The notes under the pieces: generated by a model
The model's database searches: none
Seen by the model: the letters and a program-made list of their open reading frames with translations, nothing else
Told to the model about the DNA's origin: nothing
Translations under genes and position numbers: made by a program
Part shown: piece after piece, positions 12,400 to 23,492 of the stretch
Layout: each line of letters starts with the position of its first letter
Position numbering within the stretch: position 1 is the first letter of the stretch
Assembly: GCA_037447605.1 (NCBI GenBank)
Contig: CM074804.1
Span: 6,549,909 to 6,613,908 of the forward strand
Direction of reading: 5' to 3'
Length of the DNA stretch: 64,000 nt
DNA from: Zygnema circumcarinatum SAG 698-1b
Lineage: Eukaryota; Plantae; Zygnematophyceae

Positions 12400-14727
12400 A
12401 CGCCGTGATAATTTCTGCTTTTGCTTATGCACCACTCATCATTTATCGAGGCTGATGGCTGCCTGGGCGAGGAAACTTTCTGCCTTCCAGACGTCCTTTC
12501 TGGAGAAAGCAATATGCCGAGTTACTTTCAGAAGGGGTGGTTTGTGACTCTCTCTTAGGGGTTGAAGGTGAGCAGAATGTAGTGCAACACTACTTCTGCC
12601 TGGCCTCATACCGTTGAGCAATGTACATATGGAGCTGCTGGCAGCTGGACAGGCGTGGAGTGTTTCAAGTCTGTTTTGTGAAGGAAGGCTTCCTCAGCGA
12701 CCCAAACGGGCTCTAATGAAGTGTGGTTGTGTCGCTATCACCCTCCTCTGTTTGGTCGATTTTCTTTGTGAATGTTTATGCCGTGATCAAGAGGATGCTT
12801 TTCCTTCACCTGTGTCCATGTTGATTCGTCATTTCAACTGTCCGGCTGGCTCGTGTTAAACCAGTGTTTCTTCAACTGATCTGCGGGCCACACAAGCATT
12901 TCCCTGCAACCAGTGGTTGGGTGATGCTGTTCTTTAAACTATCGCTGTAAGCACCCGGCTGTCCACTGGCGAAAGGGCACCAAGGTTTCTAGCTGCCGTC
13001 TAATTCGGATTGTATCGCTGCCGCATATAGAGCAGCTATCAAACAATTCTGCGATACTGTACTGTAATACTGTCGATGAGCCCATGATCTGAATGCATGT
13101 GGGATTTCGAGATTTGGGAAAGTTCAGCTATAACGTTTTCGTTATGAAATCAAAATTTTGGCAGTGTGAAGTTGGCGCGACACAATTCGTGGAATCTACC
13201 TTACCGACGCAAAGATTTCCTTCAGCAAACCTTATGAAACTCAAAGAGTCGACTGTATAGACACGGCCGTGAAAAATAGTCGCATTTCGCAGCAAAAATC
13301 TATGGCCACAAGAATCGTGAAATTGGAACTCCGATGCTTCGTAGTTATCTATACATTTGTGACGGATTTGACCGTATAGCTAACACACTTCACTGCGGGG
13401 CGCTGCTATTTTGACTCGTTGAAGCTACAAGTCCTTAGCGGGTTGACGTAGGGAGTTCGAGTTTCAGAATTGTTAAACTACTTCCAAGTTCCAACCCCCC
13501 CATAGTTAATGACCAATCACCCGATAAGTAAAACGAGCACGGTTTACCACTTACTCTTCTACTCAAATCAGGTCGACTGTGGACTACCCGGGGAGGGGCT
13601 CTGAGTCCGCACCACCGACAGACCCAGCATGAAGCTTGCTGTTGTTCGGCCAGTTCCCTTGTGTGTGGGGACGATAGAACCAAATGGCTCATGGATGTCA
13701 TCAGTTGACTCCACTGAGCTGACAGACTTCACGGGACCGGACTGACGACATAGGGACACAAGAGAAAGACAGGAAATGCGGCATTACGAAGGTAGAGAGA
13801 CATGGGCGCCCCCCTACAGCCGGCAAACGGGGGAAGGACGAGAAATGCATGTGAAATACTTTGATGACTACGAGAGATGTTGCCAGCAGCAGTGCAGTGT
13901 GGCATACAGTGCACGGCCTTCAGGATTGCTGCCCACAGCTACCTTCTGACAACTCTGCGCGCTAAGCAGAGTTCAGTTATAAGTAAATCGAGTCAAGATA
14001 AATTTTGTGATCGAATTTCTACAACCTATTCTATATTCGCATTACACTTTATACTACATGAGCTGGCACATCGCCATGATCCTTCAAGCCGTAGCACAGC
14101 CACCCTGGCTGCTGCTTGTTGGCTACCACTATTCCCTCGCCAGAGTGCCCCTTTCCCTGATCTAAATGCCCCGCAGAACACACGGAGGGCTTCAAATCCC
14201 AATCGCTTGCCAAATCCGAAACAATGCCCCGCAGGTGAATACTACCTAGCCAGTCAGGATGTCGACTTTCCACACTCCGTCAGAGGGCACTTCACCCAGT
14301 ACTCGGGTGCCTAAGGTTGCGTATTGGATCCCCCTCCCAAGGATGGAACATGTTATTCACGAGGTTGGAAGTGAGCCATAGGTTCATAGCCTTTCTTACT
14401 GCAAGTCGATTACTCCGGTCACTCTCCAACTTCCACCCTATACATCTCTGCCTCTCGCCTCGGACAGCCATTTGCTAGGCTTAGGTCACCTCCTCTGAAC
14501 CGTACATCGATGCACAAGTACTCTACTATAAAACTACTCGTGCGAACTGCCTCACATTCTCCAAAGCAGTCTTCTGCTCCTTTTCGAGGCACCTGCATTT
14601 GAAACTTTGGCCAAGCCGCTTCCCCCTGTAAGTGCAGAACCCTGCTCCATGCACGTATATAAGGTTATAAATGGGATTCTAAGTGATTTGAATGTATAAT
14701 CTAAAAGAGGCCACACTCTCTCAAGGT

Positions 14728-17700
14728 CTATGCCTGCAAGCTTGATGTCTCGAGTAGCGTGTGCGCTGGTGGTGGCGTAAGTTGCCGATCTCTCCACTCC
14801 AATATCATTGTTCGCAGTGCATGATTTGGCACGAGGTCTTTATGGGGGAGACTCTTGTTAGTCATGGGAGACCTATCACTCTTCTCAAGCCATTGCTCTA
14901 TAGCCGCCTGCTCATATGTGTGTCCATCTGCAGCAATTACTGGATTGACCATTATTTCCTGCACACAAGAAAAAAAATCACGAGACTTTCGATCAGCGTC
15001 AAAAGTTGAACAAGCTGAAGCAGTCACCACTCCCTGCATTGACTGAATGCCAAAAGTCCGAGAATAAACGAAACTCTGTAGGTAACCAGGAAGTATAGGC
15101 ACAACTGCATGACCAAAAGTTGAGTCTAAATTACACTGCCTAAAACCCCACATCCTAGAACCTTCTAGATGCACCTGTCAGCAATCATTTGCAAAGCGTG
15201 TCCCAGAAATCCCAAACTTCGTCCAACTGGAGACTCAAGAAGGTTCAACAAAGCAGTAATCCATGCGATAGAGCCTCCATCATCACCTGTGTAATTGGAC
15301 AGAAGAGGCTGCTTGGCACTACCAACCCTAATCCTCGCATCTTCAGCGCCTCCTCCTCGGCTGCGAGAGCATAGGTCCTTATCTTATCCAGCTGGGGCAT
15401 CACCACTGATCGCAGATCTGGCCTCTTCTTCCTCCGCATTTCCGAACATCTCACTGCCAAAACCGCCACCTCCATCGCCAGATTAACCGGCCATTCCCCT
15501 GCCTTTGGATCCAAGAATGTCGATAACTTCTCCACGTCCCCCGTATCCACAGCCTCTTCCACTCCTTCATACACTTGCTGCCTCCGCCCCGTCAACACAT
15601 CCAACAACATGATCCCAAACGCATACACATCGGATTTTGGTCCAAATTCCCCTGTTCGCTGAAACTCAGGGTCAACGTATGCAAAAGTCCCCACAGGACG
15701 CGAGTCATGCATGTACGTCTGCTCGCCGTCAAGGCCGGGCATGATGCGCGCTAAGCCCACATCCCCGAGCTTTGCCACAAAGTTGCGGTCTAGGAGCACA
15801 TTGGCAGGCTTCAAGTCGCGGTGCACTATGGGCACAGGGCGGGTATGTAACACGAGGAGGGCGGAGGCTATCTCTGCGCAGATTCTAAGGCGGGCATACC
15901 ACGGGAGGGGAGGGGTGTCCCCTATACAAAGGAGGCGGTCTTGCAGGCTGCCGTTAGCCATGAACTCGTACACAAGGCAGTACTTTTCAGGGCAGCAACC
16001 AAGGAGCATCACCATGTGCGGGTGGTGAATCTCTCCCAAAACTTCCACCTGCATCACACGTAGGATGGAGATAAACGGCAGTCAGAACAAAAAGGAGGTG
16101 GCCTGTTTCTGCCCCTTTCTTTGAAATGCTGCTGACGCAGAAGTGACTCTTACGTTCCATATGCATGTTTTGCATCCATATTGAAGCATTCACATCTCAA
16201 GTTCATTCAACGAGAAAAAAACCTGTTCTATTCTGATACGTCAATTGAATTTTTAGCATTTTAACATATACTAGAGGGTTCCGAGAACAGTCTATTGTGG
16301 ATATATGTTCCACTTACTAGACAAAGTATCATATTCAAGGCCCAATGTTTTGCGTGTTAGCTTAAGGACATCAGACCAACAAAACCTTCATCGTCTTGAA
16401 ATAGAAATATATGTCGACTGAGTTCTTAGAAAGAAAACAAGTGCCACCATACTCCCTCACCTCATTCTACCTCTACCCAACTCTAGCTGCCACCCTCCAT
16501 GTCATTCTTCCCTCACTTCCCCTCCCTCTACCTCCAAATTTCTCTTTGCTTCTCCGCCCCGAACCTCTCATCTTTCTCCCTATTCCAGCCTCCTTACCTC
16601 TCCACCTCTCTCAAGCCCTCCTGCCCTTCATCAACACCTTCTTTCTTTGTGAATTCCCCTCTTCCCCCCCATTGTACCTCCTCCCCATCCCATCTTCATC
16701 AATCGTCCGCTTATTCTACTTCGAAGTAGCCAGTTCTGAGAAGCCTCAACTCACTTAATAAACACAAGCTGTTTTCTGTGCCCTTTCAAACATGACCCTT
16801 ACTCCCAAACTCCCTTACTCCTTACTCTCCTTACTCCTTACTTACTCTCTCTCTTACTCTCAAAGAAACGTGTGGAGATCAAATCCGCAGTGGACGCACG
16901 CACAAAGGCATGACCAGAAAACTCCAAGACTTCACTAAACTCCAAAGTCAGAATTCACGGTTTGTGACTGCCTGACTGAACGTTTTTGGTTCTTTCTGAC
17001 CTCCAGTTGAAACTCCGTCTCGGCGCGAATACCATCGGCATTTTTCAGCACTTTGATGGCCACCGCAGTGTGGTGGAGGACTCCGCCATAGACTATGCCA
17101 AACCCTCCTTCGCCAATCTTCCTCTCAGGGTTTAGATTGTCTGTCGCTGCCTGTTCCATACAACCCACACTCACATGCAGCTTCAGCAGTTGCTTCTAAA
17201 ACGTTATGCACTGTTCCTTGCACATAACAGTCGAGGAAATCTACATGATCATCAACTGCACCCGATGAAGAAAAGCTAATCGACTGAAAAGCTTCGGCAC
17301 TTTCCTCCTCTCCTCACCTTGATCTCTTCCCAGGAGTACTTCCGGTAGTTATTCAATTTTGCCTTTGAAGCTTCCTCCTCATATGCCTTTGCTTCCACCT
17401 CCTGTCTCTTTCTTGCCTCCGCTTCGAGAGCAGCCCATGTTCGGGCTGCTTGTGCGAGTGCCTGCTCTGTGTTATGGGCTTCCATCATGGCTATTCTCCT
17501 TGCCTGCTCCGCTGCCCTCATAGCTGCCGTGGCTCCCCTCGTTGCCTGCTCAATTTTATGTGCACTCTCTATTTCTCTCCTCTTGTTTGCCTCCTCTACT
17601 TCTCGCAATGATCGATCTGCTTCTGCCAACGCCTTCTGCGCCTTCTCCTCTGCTGCTTGCCGCGCCTTCTCTGCCAGTTCTGCCTTCACTCGCATTCGCT

Positions 17701-20700
17701 CCAACTCCTTGAGAAGAGAACTCATGCCCCCCTGCAAAGGAAAGATACTCTTTGAACCCAATCACTTTCCAGCATCAAAGAAAAGTGCAGATACTCAGAG
17801 CAGGAAAATAATTACAAACTGGCCCAATTTCTGCACACTTACAGCTGCCCCCCCTGAAAGACTGTCATCCTCATCCAGCGTATGGTGCGCCTCCACACTC
17901 CCCCCCGTCTCTTCCGTACTCGACGACCCTTCCAAAATCGAAAAAAAAGACTTTCCGTCTGACCGTTGAGCCTCTCTTTCCAGACTGCTCCGTCTGTTCT
18001 CCTCGTCCGATTCTCCCTCCGCCTCCCTCTCCTTCCCAGCACCCTCCTTCTCCCCTGCCTCTCTCCGAAGAAGCGCATCACTTGCAAGGCGGGGATCAGC
18101 CGAGGGGAGGGCGAGCTCAGGCGGCAGGTCCGAAAGGAGAAGCTCCTCAACATTGACGTCAGGGATCACTTCTTCCGGAAGTTCGGCTGCATCCTCCAAT
18201 GGGCTGCGATCTGAGTAGGAGGAGAGGGTTGCTTTGGCCCTGTCAAGACGCTCTTCAAGCTGTGAGAGCATCTCGTCTTGGCGGCCCCTGTGACCCGGGG
18301 ACTGCAAGGAAGGGCAGGAGGAGAGTAGGGTCTCAGAGAGGGGGCTATTGCATTGCAGCTCGATATGACACACGGTGAAAAGAAAGAAGGCATTTGCACC
18401 GACAAACTGAGACAAGAAAGAGTAAAGATCTGTGACAACGAGTTTGCTAAATTTACACAGCTTCCAGAAAGGTGAGAACGCAGCAAAAGGCTACAGACCT
18501 GATTGTTTCTAGGCTACCTCGTTAAGAAAAAGATAGTTGCTATGCCAATACATACTTTGGCAGGCAGACTGATGGTGGAATGCAGGAATGGAGGCGGAGG
18601 GAAGTGAAAAAAAACCAACTCTCAGTATCGGTTACTCTCAGAAGATATCGTCCATTACTTCCTACCGAGTACCTAACTCCGACTGCTGCAGAATGAACTT
18701 CCCAAAGAAAAAGCATATACATGCAGGTCGTCGCTTCCTCCCTTACACATAAGACGTCACTCCAAGGCTGTCCTTTCCATCTCCCTTTCTTTCTCTTTAC
18801 GAACAATGCACCAGTAACTGCCAATGAGATTGAAGGAGCACATGAAATCCCGCGACCTAAAAAAAATGCGTTCCAAATGTGTTGAAACAAGTAAAGGGTG
18901 AAGAGGCTGCAGCATAGCCATGTACTGAATTCGCAAACGACGCCTGTTTCTTCATCTTCACAGATAAATGACTGGTTTTCCCTTACCTCGATTGACAAGG
19001 TTAATGATTTTTAATACTTGTATTTAAAAGTTCAGAAACTGCCTGTTGTCTGACTCACGATAGCACACAGAGGACCCTACAAAGCCAAGCTGGGCACTTG
19101 CCGGCATCTCTTCGGCACCTTGAACTCATTTTGTCCTTCATGGCACTAACTTGAAGCCAAGCGTTTGGAAACATGCAGCAGAAGCTAAACTCAAACTCGA
19201 TCCTAGCAAGTAGATTGCAAGCTTAAATTCCGTCTTTTTCGAGAGGACTGGAGCTCCGCAAGGTATCTTGAAAACTAATATCCTGCTTGCAAAAACAGTC
19301 CCTACAGCAGTCAAACCAGCCTATGAACATGAACAACTTTCGTATGGTTTGGGGGAGATGAAACCATGGGTGGCCCCATTCAGTAAAGAGTTCAGAAAAG
19401 ATACTGAATGTAGTAGTTGTGTATATGCAGTACACTTCCATTAAAGAGGATAATCTTTAGCTGTTTCCTGGCAGACACCAAGGTACATTCCTCTAAAAGG
19501 GCCCCCTTTCCTTCAGTTCTGTTCACAGTATCATAGGATGAAGCTCATCTATTTCTTCGGATGAAGCTAACATTCTTCTCAAACTCGGAAAACAAACGCA
19601 AAGAATAAGACGCAGACATTGTTTTTGATGTTTACAGAACTTAGAAATAACAACACAGCAATCTCCTCTGTAGTAGAAGAATGCTATCTTCCGAAGGCAT
19701 TCTTCCCATAGATTAGTTTCCTCTTTGAAGATCTGAGTAACCAGATTATATAATGTCCTAAAACAGACCTAAATTCTTCAATGAACTTAACATTCGCCGA
19801 ACGATGCAGACAGATTTTGCGACAAGCAGTGAAATGTAGTTCCAAGAAAAAAGCCAGGCAACAGAGCCGACCAATTCTCAAACTACATTTTATCTGCCCG
19901 TTTTCTCATGCAGAGATGACGTCATAGTCTGATCCCCGACCATCACTTTCGAGTGTCTGCCAAATGCACTACTTCCTGCTCATAGAAAGCATTACTCCTA
20001 TTTGTAGATTCTTTTCAAACCCCTTCAAATGCACAAACTCAAATGACCTACTTATCCCAATAGCGCTAACATTAGCACTTGCCAAGCTCTTATTTCAGAC
20101 AATCTCCCTTATAACCCCATGGCAGTACAGCACCTTCTTCCACCGCATCTTTCGCCAGCTCCACTCGCGCTTCATCGGCCTCCCCGCTCCCCTCCCCTCA
20201 AAATCATCCACCGGATCCATCACCCCCGAATTCAAACTCCCTTCGTCGAGGCCATATGACATCTGCGCCTGCTCGTTGAGTTCCGACATAAGGCCCAGAA
20301 AGTCTCCGGTCATGCCGACTTTGCCCCCTCCTTTAGGAGAAACTTTACCTCTACCCTTGTCCTTGGGAGCCTTCGGTGGAGGCCCCTTCATGGAGTTCAC
20401 AGGGAACCAATCTTCCGCTCCCGGAGACGGAGGACCGTGGAACCTGAAGGAACTCGAGGAGGGCTCCGAGGAGCTCGGGCTGTCCAGATTGGTCCACCTC
20501 GCAGAAGCAGACAATGCGCTGGTTTCTGAATCTACAAGAGAAATGCGAGGCGATAACACTACTTTCCCTTTCTCTGCAGACGAGGGAGTCGTCAGGAAGC
20601 TCTTCAGGGGCCAGCGATTACTGTGTCGATGTTGTCCCTGATCCTTGCTGGTAATGCTTGCGCCACCTCTTTCATTAGGGGAGAGCTCTCCCGTATCATC

Positions 20701-21222
20701 ATCTAAGGGGCCCCATCCTTCCCCTAAAGAGGTGACACTAACCGATCGTGCAGGTTTTGTGAAGAAGCTCGGGTTCCTGGAATGGTGCGGAGGGCTGTCG
20801 CTTCCATTTCCTGCCGAGCCGGCATGGCCGTGCTCGCCGCCGCTTGGCCCCTCATTGGAGCCCAGCGTCACAGTCCGCAGTGCATCTGAGAAGCGTCCCC
20901 ACCGTCCGCTGGTACTCGGCCCCACAGCTGCGCCTTCTCGCCCTACATGCTTGCCGTCACGGGTCTGACTGGGAGGGGGAGGAGCGGAGGTCGCTTCAGG
21001 ACGCTCAGCCGCCACTTTATGAGAGCTCAGAGTTCCAAGTTTGCCCTGACCATGGCGGCGGGTCTTTCCCCCTCGGAGGAAGCCGCCGCCGCTACCCGGG
21101 AACAGGTTGCTGTGGCCAAGGGGGAGCTCGCTATCACGTGTGGGAGCGAGGAAGGGCCCGTTGGAATGGTTCTGGAGATCGAGCTCCGCCGTAGGCTGGT
21201 ACACATTGGACGGCTGGCCCAT
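14728..21222 (-). CDS. U-box plus Ser/Thr kinase protein (class IV PUB / RLCK-IXb type, PUB33/34/35-like), spliced; N-terminal exon assignment uncertain
   Basis: Coiled-coil exon (17.3-17.7 kb, ends YRKYSWEEIK). Kinase motifs IGEGGFGIVY..VAIKVL, HRDLKPANVLLDRNFVAKLGDVGLAR, GTFAYVDPEF. U-box VPSSLFCPITQ|EIMVNPVIAADGHTYEQAAIEQWL..SPMTNKSL..LVPNHALR. The ORF at 20095-21222 can join in phase through an intron at 20133-18302. Confidence 0.85.
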
Positions 21223-22117
21223 GCCCTCCGCCTTCCGCCAGCCCTCCCTCCCTCCCTCCCTCCCTCCCTCCCGATCTCCTCCCCACTCCCTCGTCCACTT
21301 CCTCTCCCTTCGCCTTCCTACTACCCGCTACGCCGCACAGTTAGGGTTGCGCCCTGCAAGGACTGCGGCAGCCAGGCCCGGCCCGGACGGTTGCCAGCCA
21401 GCCAGCCACCGGCCAGTCAGCCGGCCGGCGAGATGGATGCCGGCCGGCGAGATGTATGCCGGCCGGCGGGCCGGCGCCTCCAGCGCCACAAGCAAGCACG
21501 AAGGGCGCGACTCGCGAGGCGCAGCGGAGGTGACGGCCGGCAGGCGTGGGTTGACGGCTGGCAGTCGAGGGATGACGGTCGGCAGGTGCGGATGCCGGCC
21601 GGCCGGGCGAGGGCGGGGCGCGGCGGGGCTGGATAGGACACGTGGCCGTGGCAGCGCACTCGGTGCAGGTGCGCCCGCGTTGCATGGCCGCCGGGCGGCG
21701 CTCTCCGTACAGCGGCGGAGGGGCGACGCGGCGCGCGGACGCAGCGAGCGGCCGGCGGTACGAAACGCGTACGAACATACGGAGATAGATACTGGGAGGC
21801 CACAAAATCGGTGGCTGCGGCTGCAGGGTCGGGCGGGAGGGAACGCCGCCCGCCCGGCCGCCGGTACCGGGAGGGCGGCGGCAGGCGGGCGCAGCTGCCT
21901 GGAACCTTCCTCGTCGAGGGGCCCTTGCGACTCGCCGCGGCAATGATGAGGGAGGGGCACCGCGTGCTGACGTCACCCACAGGCTCGCGGAAATACGGCA
22001 AAACTGAAAAGTACCGCACGAACGGCTGGACCGTATGCCAGCATACGTCACCGCACGTCACTGTACCGACAGGCGGCACAGCTGTACGGATTGACTGCTG
22101 GCCGGTACGGAGGGTTT

Positions 22118-22308
22118 CACAGGTCGAACCATTGGATCGGCAACCATTGAACAACCATTGGATGGCAATGGTTGGACGTCTAATGGCTGGCAACTGTTGG
22201 TTGCTAACCATTGGCATCCACTGTTTCCGAACCATTTGAATTGTTGTTTCGACCCAGGGCCAATGATTGGCAACCGGTCGAATGGTTGGTCTAATGGTCC
22301 GAGCTGTG
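22118..22308. mobile_element. 191-bp MITE with CACAG termini and a near-perfect 8-bp target-site duplication
   Basis: Left end CACAGGTCGAACCATTGGA; right end read on the minus strand CACAGCTCGGACCATTAGA. Flanks are GAGGGTTT (22110-22117) and GAGGGTTC (22309-22316). The interior is made of AACCATT/AATGGTT half-sites. Confidence 0.8.
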
Positions 22309-22679
22309 GAGGGTTCCTCGTCGGCCCACAACTCCCGGGCGGGGCGGGCGCGGCAGACGAGCAGCCAGCCCTGCCGGGGCGCCATGCGCGGCCCCGCGCG
22401 CTTTTGCACAGCCCGCCGCCGCCCGCCCGCGGCGGGATCCGCAACTCGCGCGAGTCGTGACTGACGAGTGGCGAGTGGCGGCCGGGCGTGCGTGCGCCGC
22501 CGGCGAGAGGGTGGGGGGATGGTCCGGCCTCCGGTGACGACCGGCCGGGCGAACCCGGCAGACCAACTTTGCACCGGACGGCATGCGCTTGCTCTCACAG
22601 CAGAGGAAGAAAATGGCGTTTGAAAATGGCGGTGGCATTCTCCTAGCTTTTCCTTTTGTTCTTAGGTCCTTGGCGACCA

Positions 22680-22866
22680 GTTCCTCGTGGTTCCCCATGA
22701 TACTTTTTGTGCATGTACATTTGATGGCATCATCGCCATCGTGAGATCAACGCCACATCTCTTCTTTCCGTTTGAACACGCGATGGCGATGCATGCCATC
22801 GAAATGAATGGATGAAATGTACGTGCACGAAAGCCAACAGGGCATGCACGGGGAACCACGAGGAAC
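22680..22866. mobile_element. Foldback/MITE-like element of about 187 bp
   Basis: Perfect 17-bp terminal inverted repeat GTTCCTCGTGGTTCCCC (22680-22696) / GGGGAACCACGAGGAAC (22850-22866). The imperfect complementarity continues inward (GTGCATGTACATTT and GATGGCAT-CATCGCCATCG arms). Confidence 0.7.
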
Positions 22867-23261
22867 CACCCCGCCCCGCCGACCTCTGCAAGCCTTGCCC
22901 ACTTGCCGTTCCTGCCTCCCTCCCTCCCTCCCGCGAGCCTCGCATGCCGTCAGGACCTCGGCGCGCGTTTTCCGTAGCCTTGCCGGGCCCGGGCCGGGCT
23001 CGGCTCGCTCGCTGTACGGCACGCCGACCGCCGTCCGTCCGTCCGTCGCCGCCCGCTTTTCAGGAGCGAATACGCCAAAGCCGCCCGCCCGTTCGCCGCT
23101 GGCACGTGGCCCCAGCCGCCATTCGGCAGCCGGTTCGTCTCGCCACCTGGCCCATCTGTGACACGTGGCGGGGCTGGAATGGTCCACGCGCCCAAAGTCC
23201 AGGTGTCCGTAAGAAGGCTGGTGCCCGGCCCCTCCACTGTTCGTACCCTTGTAAGTAACGA

Positions 23262-23314
23262 CCAATCCTGATATGCCACGTGTGTAGGTTGAACACGTGG
23301 CAGTACACGATTGG
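23262..23314. promoter_or_regulatory. Inverted pair of CCAAT-N9-CCACG (ERSE-type) composite elements, each ending in a CACGTG G-box
   Basis: Plus strand CCAAT-CCTGATATG-CCACGTG (23262-23282). Minus strand CCAAT-CGTGTACTG-CCACGTG (23314-23294). Two more CACGTGGC at 23103 and 23162. Confidence 0.6.
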
Positions 23315-23394
23315 TAGCCCTCCCCGCCTCCACAGGCCTGCAGGGGCTTCGCCGCGTCGCCGGAGCCGCCTGGAGGGAGGGAGGAAGGAGGGAG

Positions 23395-23490
23395 TGGCGA
23401 GGGCGAGGGAGAGGGAGAGGGAGAGGGAGAGGGAGAGGGAGAAAGGGAGAGGGAGAGGGAGAAGAGGAAGAGGGAGAGGGGAGAGCGAGA
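23395..23490 (+). repeat. (GAGAGG)n purine tract in the GST2N 5' leader
   Basis: Tandem GGGAGA units immediately before ATG 23493. Confidence 0.85.
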
Positions 23491-23492
23491 GG

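Larger units (their letters stand above)
21230..23492. promoter_or_regulatory. GC-rich bidirectional promoter region between the U-box kinase (-) and GST2N (+), carrying two MITE-like insertions
   Basis: Very high GC between divergent ATGs at 21222 and 23493. Contains G-boxes, CCAAT boxes, CCGT repeats and a (GAGAGG)n leader. Confidence 0.6.

Noticed and set aside
12906-12920. GCAACCAGTGGTTGG resembling the satellite family core
   Set aside because: A single short match with no flanking similarity; could be chance.
13450-13465. GTTCGA B-box-like words (also near 7190, 23764 and 34294) as possible tRNA or SINE
   Set aside because: No cloverleaf or correctly spaced A-box could be built by eye.
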